Source: Azolla caroliniana
Taxonomy: Eukaryota > Plantae > Polypodiophyta
Direction: 5' to 3'
Length of the DNA: 64,000 nucleotides
Assembly: GCA_043228905.1 (NCBI GenBank)
Contig: JBHGNT010000010.1
Span: 8,742,001-8,806,000, forward strand
The notes under the pieces: model-generated
Seen by the model: the letters and a program-made list of their open reading frames with translations, nothing else
The model's database searches: none
What the model was told of the DNA's origin: nothing
Position numbers and translations under genes: made by a program
Shown: in pieces, positions 24,443 to 38,409 of the stretch
How positions within the stretch are numbered: the first letter of the stretch is position 1
Layout of the letters: each line of letters starts with the position of its first letter

Positions 24443-27400
24443 CTGTTACGCGCTCTAATCTTGCGCCAACAAGAATGACAACAACATCATCACTAAGTTT
24501 GCCCTAAGTCATATTTATACTAATATGACTTTTTGGCTATTTACAAATATAGCCCCGATGGACTCTCAAAAACATATTTATGAATATGTCATTTCATCCG
24601 GTGAGCACTCCTCACCGGGCCTGCATCATCCGGCGCTTGCCGGGCACTCATCCTCCGGTTCTCATCGGGTCTTCCGTTTCCGGGTACTCCTCATCCGGTT
24701 ATCACCGGATCTTTCGTTGCCAGGTACTCCTCATCCGGTTCTCACCGGGTCTTCCGTAGCCGGGTACTCCTCTTCCGGTTCTCATCCGTAGTCGGGTACT
24801 CTTCATCCGGTTCTCACCGGGTCATCCCCTCCGGAGGGACCTGTTTCCTAACAAACTCCCCCTTCACTCCGGCATGGGATGTCTTAGTAGTCCGACCCGC
24901 TTCCGACATGCATCCAGCTTGTCAGGTGTCAGTACTTTGGTCAACATATCTGACCCGTTCTCGGCCGTGTGGATCTTCGTCATCGCGAACTCTTGGTCAT
25001 CTACTCTTTCCCGGATCCAGTGATACCTACATTGTATATGCTTCGTCCGGGAATGGTAGGCCGCATTCTTAGCAAGTTGGATGGCACTTTGACTGTCGCA
25101 ATAGAGCGGGTATTGAACTTGCCGGATATGGAGCTCTCTGATGAAGTCCTTCATCCATAATATTTCCTTGCCGGCTTCCATAGCCGCCATGTACTCCGCC
25201 TCCGTGGTTGACAACGCAACCGTCTTCTGCAGCCTTGCCTGCCACGAAACAACTCCCCCTGCATATGTCATTACATACCCGGATGTAGACCGGCTGGTAT
25301 CCACATCAACCGACATGTCCGAATCGGTAAAACCGTCAAGTTGAGGTTTACCGGAACCGAATCGGAGACACATATTTGAAGTGCCCTTCAAGTACCAGAG
25401 TATCCATTTGACCGCGTTCTAGTGCTCCTTGCCAAGATTTCTCATAAACCGGCTCACCACTCCGACTGCATATCCTATATGCGGTCGGGTACACACCATT
25501 GCGTACATTAAGCTTCCGGCGGCTGAGGCATATGGAACCTTCATCATATCAGCCTTCTCAGCTTTCGTCTTCAGGCTTTGCTTACCAGATAACCTGTAGT
25601 TTGCCGGAAGTGTCGATCCGACCGGTTTCGCATCTGACATGTTGAAACATTGATGCACCTTTGTCACATACTTCTCCTGTGACAGCCACACTTGCTTCAT
25701 TCACCGATTCTGGATAATATGCATCCCCAACAGTTGTCTTGCCGGACCCAAGTCTTTCATTGAGAAGGTTTGGTTGAGAGCCTTCTTCAGCATCCGTATT
25801 CCGGCTTGGTTCCGTTCGACGATCAACATGTCGTCCACGTACAGAAGGAGTATCAGGAAGTCGCCTCCTTCGAACTTCTTCACAAACACATAGTGATCGG
25901 CCTACGTCTTGTGGTACCCTTGATCGGTCATGAAGGAGTCGAACTTCCGGTACCATTGTCGGGGAGCCTGCTTTAGTCTGTACAGGCTCTTCTTTAACCG
26001 GCAAACCAGTTGCTCCTTCCCTTTCTCATAAACCGGCTCACCACTCCGACTGCGTATCCTATATGCGGTCAGGTACACACCATTGCGTACATTAAGCTCC
26101 CGATGGCTGAGGCATATGGAACCTTCATCATATCAGCCTTCTCAGCTTTTGTCTTCGGCCTTTGCTTACCAGATAACCTGCAGTTTGCCGGAAGTGTTGA
26201 TCCGACCGGTTTCGCACTGACATGTTGAACCGGTGAAGCACCTTTGTCACATACTTCTCCTGTGACAACCACACTTGCTTCATTCACCGGTTCCGGATAA
26301 TATGCATCCCAAGCATCTGTCTTGCCGGACCCATGTCTCTCATTGAGAAGGTCCGGTTGAGATCCGTATTCCGGCTTGGTTCCGTTCAACGATCAACATG
26401 TCGTCCATGTACAGAAGGAGTATCAGGAAGTCGCCTCCTTCGAACTTCTTCACAAACACATAGTGATCGGCCTGCGTCTTGTGGTACCCTTGATCGGTCA
26501 TGAAGGAGTCGAACTTCCGGTACCATTGTCGGGAGGCCTGCTTCAGTCCGTACAGGCTCTTCTTCAACCGGCAAACCAGTTGCTCCTTCCCTTTCTCCAT
26601 GAATCCTTCCGGTTGCTGCATGTAGATCTCCTCTTCGAGGTCACCGTGAAAGAATGTCGTCTTCATGTCCAGTTGCTCTACCTCAAGGTCCATGCTTGCC
26701 GCTATACTCAGCACCGTCCGGATGGAGGTCATCTTTACTACCGGGGCAAATATCTCGTTGAAGTCCACGCCCTTCTTCTACTGGAACCCCTTCACCACGA
26801 TCATGGCTTTGTATCTCGAGGGGTTTCCGGCATCTACCGGTTTCAACTTGTACACCCACTTGTTTCGGAGTGCCTACTTTCCTTTCGGCAACTCCACCAA
26901 TTTGTATGTATGGTTCTCATGCAGGGAATCCATCTCATCCTGCATGGCACTTAACCAATTTGTGGGTGTCATCCTTCGCTTCTTCGAAGCTTTCTGGCTC
27001 CCCCTCATCGGTTAGTAGCACATGCTCTGATCATCGTAGAATCCTTACCGGTCAACTCGGAGTTCATTATCTTCTTTTCCGACTCCCAATCGGCGAGCGT
27101 CTTGTCCTCCATGAAGATAATATCTTGACTCTGGAATACCTTCTTGTCAACCACGTCCCACACTCGGTAGCCGAACTCATCGTCGCCGTAACCGAGGAAT
27201 ATGCATGGTCGGGTCTTCGGATCCAGTTTTCCTCTCCGGTCCCTAGCTACATGCACATACGCAAGACACCCGAATACCTTCAGATGCCGGTAGGACCCTT
27301 CCTTACTGTTCTAGACTCTTTGTGGCGTGTCTCCGTCCAAGGGTACTAAGGGTGATTTGTTTATCACATATGTCGTCGTCGACAGTGCCTCAGCCCAAAA

Positions 27401-29936
27401 CTTCTTGGGTAGTTTTGCATGTGCCAGCATACACTGGACCCTCTCCATTATGGTCCGGTTCATCCTCTCGGCCAACCCGTTTAGTTCCGGCGTCTTCGGC
27501 ACGGTAAATTCGAGCCGGACTCCCTTCGAGCGACAATAATCCTCGAACTGCCCCCAGTATTCACCTCCATTATCTACTCGAACCACCTTCAGCTTCCGGC
27601 CGGTTTCTCTTTCCACAATTGCGTGGAGCTCTTTGAAGACGAATAGCACCTGATCCTTCGTCTTCAACGGTGTGGCCCACAACTTCCGGCTGTGATCATC
27701 TATGAACGTCACGAAGTACTGCAATCCGGCATGTGACTTCGTGTCCACTTGACATACATCAGTATGCACCAACTCCAGTGGTGCATTACGTCTCATCTGT
27801 GGCCTCGATAGGAAGGAGGTCCGGTTTTGTTTACCGGCCAGACAATCAGTGCACGTTCTTCACTGGAATGAGGTTGTCATCTGCAAGCCTCTTCATCCCC
27901 TTCTCGCTCATGTGACACAACCTCTTGTGCCACAGCTCACCGGCAGTGTCGGATGCTACATTTACTTTTTCCGTGCACAACCGGGCATTCATCAAGTACA
28001 ACTTGCCAAGCCACAATTAGGCTCCCTTTACTGAACTTCATAACACCGTTCCGGATGCTACCCATGTAGCCTTCATCATCTTGCCGACCGACTGATATCA
28101 GGTTCAGATGAAACTCCGGAACGTGTCGGACATCGTTCAGCAGCAGCTTGCATCCGGTTGGCGTTGTCAACCACACGTCTCCTATGCCGACAATTCGGCA
28201 TGTACCTTCATTCCCCATCCGGACACAGCCATGATCACCGGTTGAGTAGGATGAGAAGTATTTCTGGTCCGGGGTAAGGCGGAACGACACTCCAGAGTCG
28301 ACCACCTAGGTCATCTCGTCGCCGGCAAGGTTTAGCTCACTCTCCTCGGTGATGAGCATCAACTCTTCTTCACTTGCCGCGATTTCCGTCGTTCCCTTCC
28401 GGTCTGGCCCCCTCCGGTCTTTACCGTTTCGGTCTGGTGTCCACTTCGAATCGGTACCATCGGTTTCCTTTACTTTTCAGAAGTGCCGACAGTTCTTCTG
28501 GAAGTGTCCCGGCTTGCCGCAATAGAAGTAGGTAGGCCTCCCCCTTGACTTTGACCGTGTCCCCGACTTTTCTCGGTTCTGGGGGGCTACGGTTCCTTTG
28601 TCTTCCGCGTTCCGATTCGGTAAGGAGAACTTTGGAGTTGGAGCTCGTATCCTTATCTTTCCAATGTGCCTCCTCATCTAGCAAGCTCGACTTCACTCTT
28701 GCTAGGGATAACCATTTCCCTTCCGGCCCGGCGTTGCCCAAAGTGACAACCAGTGTCTCCCAGTTATCCGAGAGGGAACCGAGCAGGAGTAGCGCTAGTA
28801 CCTCATCGGCGAGAGGTACATCCAATGATGTTGCCTGGTGTATCAGCCCCTGGAAGGCATTCATGTGCTCCGCCATGCTGGAACCATCTTGGTACTGGAG
28901 TCTTACTAGCTTCCGGAATACCGAAACCTCGTTAACAACATTTTTGTTCTGAAACATAATGCCGATCTTCTCCCAGAGCTCATGAGCCTTGCTCTCTTCA
29001 TTGAAGTTGTTGTTTAGGCTCATGTCGATGAAGCACCATATGTACATCATTGTGATCATGTGCATCACCTCCCATATCGTGGCGTCGATTTTGTCCGGTC
29101 TCTTGTCCCCGAACTAAACCGGCAACCAAAGATATTTAACCACGAGCATGTCCCTCATCTCCGACTTCCACACGGAATAGTTGTAACCAGTGAGCTTGAA
29201 CATGCCTCCCAACGATTCGTCCATATTCTGTGTCGTTTCGCTCTGATACTAGTTTGACAAAAACACACGCTCCCGATGAACAACGCTTGGCCACAACCGA
29301 GCCTAGGATAAAACCCAGAAAACGGATAATGAACGCACGACACAATGAAGAGAAGAGTACACAGGATGTTAATGTAGAAAACCAAAACTAGGGAAAAACC
29401 ACGGCAGCCCACAGACTGCAAACTATCACTATATCAGAATGTACAATAGTAGAGCACCGAGGCAACGACCTCGAGTTTGCTATCTTCGCCACAACCGGTG
29501 GTTACAACAGAGGCAACAACCTCTTCTTCTCTCTCTCTCTCTCTCTCTCTCTGTACACTGTTACGCGCTCTAATCTTGCGCCAACAAGAATGACAACAAC
29601 ATCATCACTAAGTTTGCCCTAAGTCATATTTATACTAATATGACTTTTCGGCTATTTACAAATATAGCCTTGATGGACTCTCAGAAACATATTTACGAAT
29701 ATGTCCCTTTATCCGGTGAGCACTCCTCACCGGGCCTGGATCATCCGGTGCTTGCCGGGCACTCATTATCCGGTTCTCACTGGGTCTTTCGTTTCCGGGC
29801 ACTCCTCATCCGGTTATCACCGGGTCTTCCGTTGCTGGGTACTCCTCATCCGGTTCTCACCGGGTCTTCCGTAGCCGGGTACTCCTCATCCGGTTCTCAC
29901 CGGGTCATCCCATCCGGAGGGACCTGTTTCCTAGCA
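24140..29936 (-). mobile_element. Ty1/Copia element B2, full structure, decayed
   Basis: LTRs 24140-24853 and 29255-29936, TSD gattt/gattc, PBS 29240-29251, PPT from 24856; colinear with B1, with an internal RT duplication and a deletion near 26970-27030. Confidence 0.95.
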
Positions 29937-29941
29937 GATTC

Positions 29942-32900
29942 CTTATTTTAATCTCTGCTTATCGCACAGAACACCAAATTTAATTTTCTATATCTAGTTG
30001 CGAAGCTCTAATCTAGGGCTTTCCAACGCATGTCATTATGCTCGATTCCGTTACCGATAAAGAGCGCAACAATAAAAACATTTTCGTTTTCTCTTCCCCT
30101 CTCCACTCTTGCTTTTTTTTTCACTCTCTCACTCTCACACTCTCTCTCTCTCTCTCTGTTTTGTCTCATGAGCACATACACACACACAAACACATTGTTT
30201 TCATGGTATCAGAGCGTGTGGTAGCTTGATCCAAGATCATCGCCTTCACGTGTCTCATGCTCAAGCTCGCAAAGAACCGATTGATCACTACAACAATGAT
30301 TTTTGCATAGCTCGCATCAAGAGTAGAAGAAGTTCGATAATGAACACCCAAATGGGCAGCGCTCTGCCCACTGAGAAGCTCAATAGAACAAACTTCACAT
30401 CTTGGGAGTACAAGATGCATCAGTACCTTGTCGGACAAGGTTACTAGAGCTACATCGAGGGAGCTCACGAAACACAACCCAACCCAACACACGCCGACTA
30501 CCTAGCATGGGAGCAGGCCGCGAGCCATGTGTTGTACTACCTTGCGTCATGCGTTTATGACCACATGCTCGGCTATATTCGAGATTCGAAAACACCAAAA
30601 GAAGCTTGGGGAAATCTCAAGAAGATTTTAGCGGCCAATATGGTTGCATGAAAGCTCGAACTTCGACAGGAGCTAAAGAACATGCAACAAAGAGACATGT
30701 CGATCACCGGCTATACCTTGAAGATCAAGGATGTGTGATGCCCTTGGTTCCATTAATGTCATAATCGACGATGACGAAATGGTGCAAATATGCCTCAACG
30801 GCTTGGCACCTCGATTCGGCACGATCAAATCGTCCATTCTTGCAAGAAAGAACCCTCCTTCCTTTTTCAACCTTCAATTGATTCTGTTGGTCGAAGAAAA
30901 TCATGTTCGGCAGAGGAACAATGCACCTAATGGTCAGATGCTCTACTCACAGTCAGATGTTAGAAGAGGATTCGGACGTGGAAACAGAGGTCGGTTCGGA
31001 CGAGGCCGACACGGTTGGCCGATCCAAGAGCGTAACTTCCACCAATGGCAAGAAGACAGAAATTGTCCCAGAGAGTTCGACAGAAGGGGGAGCCACCTCG
31101 CCGGACCGAGCAATTATAACTACCCGATTGAATGCGGTTACTATGGAAAACACGACCACTATGAAGAGGAGGGCTAGAAAAAGATACGAGACTCAGCTTC
31201 GACTAGCCGACAACTCACAAACCTCGCTTCGAATTCGGACTACAATGATCGTGGCAGGATGTTCGTAATGAGGCATGAAGCACACTCGATGTCGGCACAA
31301 GCCCGGACCAACACCGCTTCTTCAGATAACACATGGTTTGTCGACTCAGGAGCATTCAATCACATGATGTCCCATGCAGATTTGTTCCAAGAATTGTGGA
31401 AGCCTGATCGATCCGGCTATGTCAAAATTGGAGATATACGACTCACCCAATTCGGCATGTCAGGAATGTTCCATTCGGAAATGACGGCAAACAAACCTAC
31501 CTCAAGAACGTCTTGCATGTCCCAACCATCACAAAAAACTTGGTCTCAGTCGGCCAGATTTTCGAACAAGGTATGTAAGTACGATTCAATAATGAAGGGT
31601 GCTTCATCGAAAAGGACGATCAACTTATAGTGCACGGTCGCCTAGAAGGCCGAATGTTCATCCTCAAATAAGAGGAGGTGAAATCGGCTATGTTCGCAAA
31701 AGGCCTCAAAGTCGAAATAGTCTTGGAACTGTGGCACAAGAGAATCGGCCACATCAATCTTCAAAAGCTCCAGAACATGCAGACCAAAGTAGGCATAATT
31801 GAACTCCCGACATTTACTGAGAAGGAGATTACGGGCGTATGCGAGGCATGCCAGTTCGGAAAACACACCGACATCCATTCCCAAAAGAGAGGAATGTAAG
31901 CAAAGGGATCCTGGATGTACTACATTCAGATGTGTGGGGACTAGCCCCGATGGCAACATTCGGTGGTTGCCGATATTATGTCACGTTCATCGACGACTTC
32001 TCCAGGCATACCTAGTTCTGCTCGATGAAACAGAAGAGCGAAGTGTTCGGCCACTTCCAAAGGTTCAAAAATGAATTCGAAAAAGGCATGGGTCGGCACG
32101 TACACTGCCTTTGATCGGATGGAGGCAAAGAATATTTCTCGGATGAGTTTACGACATATCTCCGAAAGGAAGGAATACGACGAGAAATCTCGTGTCGACA
32201 TACATCTTTGCAAAATGGTGTAGTCGACGGAAGAATTGGCACATAGTAGAGGTTGCACAGGCAATGACGACTGAGAAGAACTTGCCGAAATTGTACTCGA
32301 CAGAAGCGGGGAACACGGCCATATATCTCATGAACAAGTGTACAACCTCGGGGGTAAACGACATAACCCATCATGAGAGGTTTTTTTGAAAGAAGGCGGA
32401 TTTATCACATGTTTGGATTTTCGGCTCAATCGCCTAGGTGCATATTCCCGACAAAATGCGACAAAAGCTCGACCCGAAGTTGGAGAAATGTATCCTTGTA
32501 GGATACTCGCTCGAACAGAAGGGGTACAAATGCTACAACCTATCTACCCAAAAAATTCGAGTAAGTTGAGACGTCGCTTTTGACGAGTTGGCATCCTGGT
32601 ACAATTCATAGACGACTCTGATTTCTATTCCAATCGACTCGGAATCGTCTGCGTAAGAGACAGAAGAAGAATTTCGACTCAGACACATGTTCGAAGAAAG
32701 TCCAATTACGACAAGGCTTAGTGGACCACGGGAGCCCTCGAGTGACCAAAGCACATATTAGCCGAGTCCGAAACTCGACAAAGGGAAGGCCAAATGTCCA
32801 AATACGAAGATCCAACCGACAACGCGTCAACTCACTCCCTTGACAGTGAGTTCGAAGGCCTAGACATCTTGATCTTCTGGACGAATGGAGCGAAGAGAGC

Positions 32901-35021
32901 ATTAGTTTCCGCGAACGAGAAGCTATGCCGGTCCATCCATGAAAAGAACCACGTAAGCTGATTCGGCTAAAATGAGTACATGGCGTACCATTACGCCTTT
33001 ATGATGAATGTAGCGACTGAACGGGAGCTGGAAACATTTTCTGAAGCCGAGAAGGATCCACGATGGGTCGACGCAATGAACGAAGAAATGTAGGCCTTGT
33101 GCAAAAATGAGACATGGGATTTTGTTCCCCATTCACCTCACAAGAAAGCGATTGGTTGCAGATGGATCTATAAGTTCAAATACAATGCCGATGGCACAGT
33201 AAATCACTTCAAAGCATGACTCGTCACCAAAGGATATGCACAAATGCACGGAGTTGATTAGAAGGAGACCTTTGCCCCCATGGCAAAGATGACGACTTTG
33301 CGAACCGTAATTGCACTCGAAGCCACGAAAGGGTGGCATCTCCACCAAATTGACGTCAAGAACGCCTTTCTTCAAGGCAAATTGGAAGAGGAGGTGTATA
33401 TGGTACAACCACCCGGCTTTGAATCCCGTACTCATTCGAAAGCTGTTTGCCGACTCAAGAAGCCAATCTACGGCCTCAAGCAAGCACCACGTGCTTGGCA
33501 TTCAAAGATCACTCAGTATCTTCACCCAATCGCCTTTCAAATGTCAAAATCGGACAACTCCCTGTACATCCGAAACGAACCGCACAACCTGATTTTCAAT
33601 ATCCTATATGTGGATGATCTAGTAATCGGAGGAAAGGATCTAATCGACATCATTAAGGTAAAATCCCTCCTATCTAGCAGATTCGAAATGAAAGACCTAC
33701 ACGAGCTCCATTACTTTCTTGGCATCGAAGTAATTTGAACACCACTCGGGATATTGATCTCTCAGCGACACTACGTTCTCAACTTACTCTACAAGTTTGG
33801 AATGACTAAGAGCAAAGCCGCGGCCACCCCTCTTGACCAAAATCTCAAGCTCGATTTTGAGTCGGGCAAAACCAAGTGTGATCTGACTCAGTATCGACAA
33901 CTGAATGGTAGCCTAATTTATCTAACCATCACACGACCCGATCTCAACTATTCAGTCGGCCTACTTAGCCAATTCATGCAAAACCCACGAAATGATCATC
34001 TCGATTGCGCTAAGGGGATACTTCGGTATGTTAGTACGACCATGGATTACAGAATCATGTATAAGTCGGATACGCTTATTCGACTCGAAGGGTACACGGA
34101 CGTAGACTGGACCGGTTATAAGGACGATAGACGATCCACTTCCGGATTCGTCTTCTCACTCGGCAATGGATCAATCTCCTGGAGTAGCAGGAAATAGCTG
34201 ATAGTTGCACTGTCGAGCACAAAGGCCGAATACAGGGGCACGACAATCGCCGCATGCGAAGCTGTCTAGCTCAAACGCAACTTCAGGGACCTAGGTGTTC
34301 CCATTACGGATCCAATTCGCCTCTTCTGCGACAACATGAGAAACATCTACCTCGCTTGAAACCCCGTATTCCACATGCGGACTAAACACATTGAAGTGCA
34401 CTACCACATCATTCACTTACGCGTTTAGGCTGGCGAAATTGATCTCGAACACATCAGTACGAACCTTCAAGTTGCTGACATCTTTACGAAGGCCTTAGGA
34501 GTCGACAAGCTCAGGCAATTTGCATCGGACCTCGGTCTCTCAATCTCTACATTGCAGAGCTTGAGGGGGAGTAAAGCATGTGACATCGAAGCAGCCGAGA
34601 AGTAGGAGTAACCGATCAATCGATCGGAGTTGAAGTACGAACAAACAATCGAACATTCGAACACATAGAATCGAACAATCGAAATCGTAAGTCGTGTTGA
34701 AAACCGAAATCGAAAAGTGAAGTTGATTCAACCGAATCGAAGTATTTCAAAGACAGAACCAAAACAACTTGTTCAAAGGGGCGTGTTGAGAATCGAACTC
34801 AACTTCCCATAGAGACAGTGTTCACACTAGCTAGTGGACATCATACTAGGCTAGATTTGTAATTAGTAGAAAGGGCACTTGCCCAAGATCAGTTGGTATT
34901 GAAACCAACCTTTTGTAACTTAGTTACTGTTGGACGTAATATATAGTTTCTTGTTTTAGAGCTCTCTCTCTCTCTCTCTCTCTTTCATCTCACGAGCACA
35001 CACACACACACATTATTTTCA
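29942..35021 (+). mobile_element. Ty1/Copia element (family E, related to A), decayed, discordant LTRs
   Basis: LTR end ..ttttca at 30203, PBS tggtatcagagc 30204-30215, gag (EKLNRTNFTSWEYKM), PR (WFVDSGA), INT, RT (YVDDL), RNase H, 3' LTR 34784-35021. The left boundary is uncertain. Confidence 0.88.
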
Positions 35022-37284
35022 GGTTTAATACCCCTATGATGTCACTCTTGTTTTATAGGCATGCGCGTAATTTTCACAACCTTATTTGGTGAACCTGACA
35101 TGAAACGAGTAGCAAGGGAGGATGGAATCTGGATATATAAAATGAAGATTTCACACCAATGACGGAAAAAATGATGATTGGAAAAAGAGTGGAGATGAAT
35201 GCCACAAAGTATTATGTGGAAAGACTTGTACACACATTTGGACGATTTGAAGTGTATAATGACTCCAAATTTTCAAATTTTCAAATAAATGTAATGATGA
35301 AATGCTTCAAGGTGTGAATGAGTCAAAAAAATTAAGATGCTTCAATGAAGTGGTGTCCTTGGTGCTTCATGAATAGATTGAGTTTGACAAACGAGCCACA
35401 TCAAAGAAACCTTACAAAAGTGCAACAACATTATTCTATGAAATTTCTCTCAATGTTCTGAGTGAGATCAAATATTGGTTGGGGTGAACAAAGTATTAAT
35501 GTTCCTAGAGTTTGTTGACCATGACAAAAGGATGAAACTTGGATTTCTACTTGAACATGACATCAACAATAATGGACTAAATGAGAATTGGGATGAAGAA
35601 AATGCCAACAATATGACAAGTGGAAAATGCTTACCTTCCTAGGTCAATCAGTGGACATGTCTGATAAACCCAATTCCTATTCATGAAGAGGAAACGAGTT
35701 CGGCAAGAGAAAAGTGGCTCGTCATTTGATATGGAGGAATTTATTAGGGAGGCATACAAGAATATCAATGTTGAAGAGAGATTGATAGAGCTACCAACGG
35801 GCCAACTCAGAGACTCGACACACAGTCGAACTCGAACAAACCGACAACGACTCCAAATCGGTAGGAGGTCCATTAGTCGAACTCGAAGACAAAGCCATCA
35901 AAGACAAAGTTGATTCGACAGGAGTCGAACAAAGCAAAGTCAACAAGATGCGAGTTGGAAACAGAACTGAGTCGACAAATTCCTTAGGGGAGGACAATGT
36001 GACACCACCAAAATACCAACTTGGGGGAGGGTCATCTAACAAGACTCCTGACACAACTGGTTCAACAAATACCCATTGAATAACAGAGCCGATCAAAGAA
36101 TCCGAACCACTTATTTCAGCACCCAGGAGAACTGAACAAGCTCAAAGAGAGACAGAGTTCTATCAACCGGGCCTCAACTACGTCCGTTACACCAATGCAG
36201 GTGAACCTAGTACATATGAAGAAGCTATGGCCGCACCAGCCACTGACACATGGCTACAAGCCATGAAATCCGAGATGGACTTGATTCACAGGAATCAGAC
36301 ATGGGAGATGGTAGAACTACCAGCTAGGAGAAAGCCACTACCTTGTAAATGGGTTATCCGCTACCAATATGTATCTGGCTTAGAGAAACCCAAGTACAAA
36401 GCTCGGCTAGTCGTGAAAGAGTTTAAACAAGAACATAGGATCGACTATGACGAGATATTCTCACCAGTAGTCAAGATAACCACCCTCCAACTCCTACTAG
36501 GAGTTGTAGTGACCGAAGACCTAGAGCTTGAGCAGATGGATGTGAAGACAACGTTCCTATATGGAGATCTGGAAGAAAACATTTACATGTCTCAACCGAC
36601 AGGATTCACGGCGACAGGGGAGGAAATTCACCTCGTATGCCGCCTGAAGAAAAGTCTATATGACTTGAAACAAGCGATGAGGATGTGGTACCAGAAGTTC
36701 GACTCCTACATCAAGCAACTTGGATACTGTCATGATGACACTCACATCATGCATCGAAAGGATGATGACACTCACATTATGACTCGAAAGGATTTGAACC
36801 CACGACCTTGTTGTACACATGTCAAATCCTTAACCATTGTATTAATATTCTTATATGTATAGTCTCTAGAATATGAAATCTAATATCATAGGAATATTCT
36901 ATATTACTCTACATTCTAGAATGACCTAGAATATTCTAGAGTGTTCTATACCACTAGAACCTTCTAGAATACTCTAGAGATCTTCTAGATTACTCTACAT
37001 TCTAAGATAACCTAGAATATTCTAGAGTGTTCTCTATTACTTATAAATAGGGATCTACCACCCATCCCAAACCTAAATTGGTTCAACGCCATTTTGTAGC
37101 CTACTCTTTGTAATCCATTTTACACTTCAATACAATAATTCTCTTCAATTATCTCTCTATCTCTTTTTCTCTCTTTCTCTCTCTCAGTCTTGACAGTTTG
37201 AACCAATATTTTTTCCTTTCATCTCTTCGTCTTCCACAAATCCTAACAAGTTCTCTTCTTCCTTCTCCTCTCCTCTCGTAAGCT

Positions 37285-38409
37285 ATGGATTCCGTGAGCA
37301 AACAAGAATACATGCGTGTTCTTTCTGAGCTCAACATACTCACGAATAAATTTGTGGCATTAGAGCATGAGAATCAAAGGCTACTTGGAGATCTACAACA
37401 CGTGAGCGCCGAAAAAGCTCAACAATATGAAGAATTATCACAGCGGGTTCATCAACTGGAGGCGACTATATTGTCATTACGTGAGCAAGCGTCGGGGGCT
37501 CAGAACTCCCCTAGAGAGCCAAAGATCAGCCTCCCTGCCAAGTTTGATGGTACGAGGTCTTTATTTCGAGGCTTTTTGAATCAAGTTCGTCTAGTTATTC
37601 AGCTACATCCCAATCGGTATCCAACTGATGCTGCTCGTGTGGGATTAGTGGGAACTTTGCTATGTGGTATGGCGTTAGCATGGTTCGCACCACTTCTCGA
37701 GAAGAAATCACCATTGCTGGAGGATTTCGAGGCATTTGTTAAAGGGTTTCAAGCTAGTTTCGGAGACACCGACAGCACTAGGACAGCGATAAACAAGATT
37801 CGAAGGCTCCGACAAGGAGATCGTCCCACGTCGTCTTATGCAGCCGATTTCCATTTCTTGGCATGCGATATCCCTTGGGATGAGGCAGCTTTAATGGATC
37901 AATTCTGTCAAGGTTTGAGAAACGATGTCAAAGATCTTCTTCTTACTTTCCCTGAAGATCCACAGTCACTTACAGAAGCTATTAGTCGAGTTATGCGATG
38001 TGATAATCGCCTATTTGAGCGACGTTCTGAGCGCCAACAAATGTTACGCCGCCAACCTGAGCAGACTTACGCTTCCGTAGTCGCAACGCCTCCACAAGTT
38101 TCTAGACCCATTACAAGGGATGGCCCCACTCCGATGGAAATAGAGTCAACACAACGTCGTGGGCCGTTATCAGATGCTGAGAAGCAACGACGTCGAGCGC
38201 ATCGCCTCTGCCTGTATTGTGGTGGTCCAGGACATATAGCTGTAAATTGTTCACATAAACCTAGGCGTCAAGTATACCAAGTAAGTGCCCATGAAAACCC
38301 TACATCAAGTTCTATTGTTACTTCTAATAACATAAATAAGCCTCATAGTCCATGCCATGAGAATAGATTCGATGTCTTGAGTCAATTAGAGGATGTGTTA
38401 AACGAGTAA
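37285..38409 (+). CDS. Chromovirus Gag (coiled-coil-like N-terminus, capsid, CCHC knuckle)
   Basis: Open 374-aa ORF; PAKFDGTR, LRQG, GPTPMEI, CLYCGGPGHIAVNC. Confidence 0.93.
   Translation: MDSVSKQEYMRVLSELNILTNKFVALEHENQRLLGDLQHVSAEKAQQYEELSQRVHQLEATILSLREQASGAQNSPREPKISLPAKFDGTRSLFRGFLNQVRLVIQLHPNRYPTDAARVGLVGTLLCGMALAWFAPLLEKKSPLLEDFEAFVKGFQASFGDTDSTRTAINKIRRLRQGDRPTSSYAADFHFLACDIPWDEAALMDQFCQGLRNDVKDLLLTFPEDPQSLTEAISRVMRCDNRLFERRSERQQMLRRQPEQTYASVVATPPQVSRPITRDGPTPMEIESTQRRGPLSDAEKQRRRAHRLCLYCGGPGHIAVNCSHKPRRQVYQVSAHENPTSSSIVTSNNINKPHSPCHENRFDVLSQLEDVLNE

Noticed and set aside
35022-35680. Possible gene or transposase remnant
   Set aside because: No motif I could identify and no sustained frame; left unannotated.
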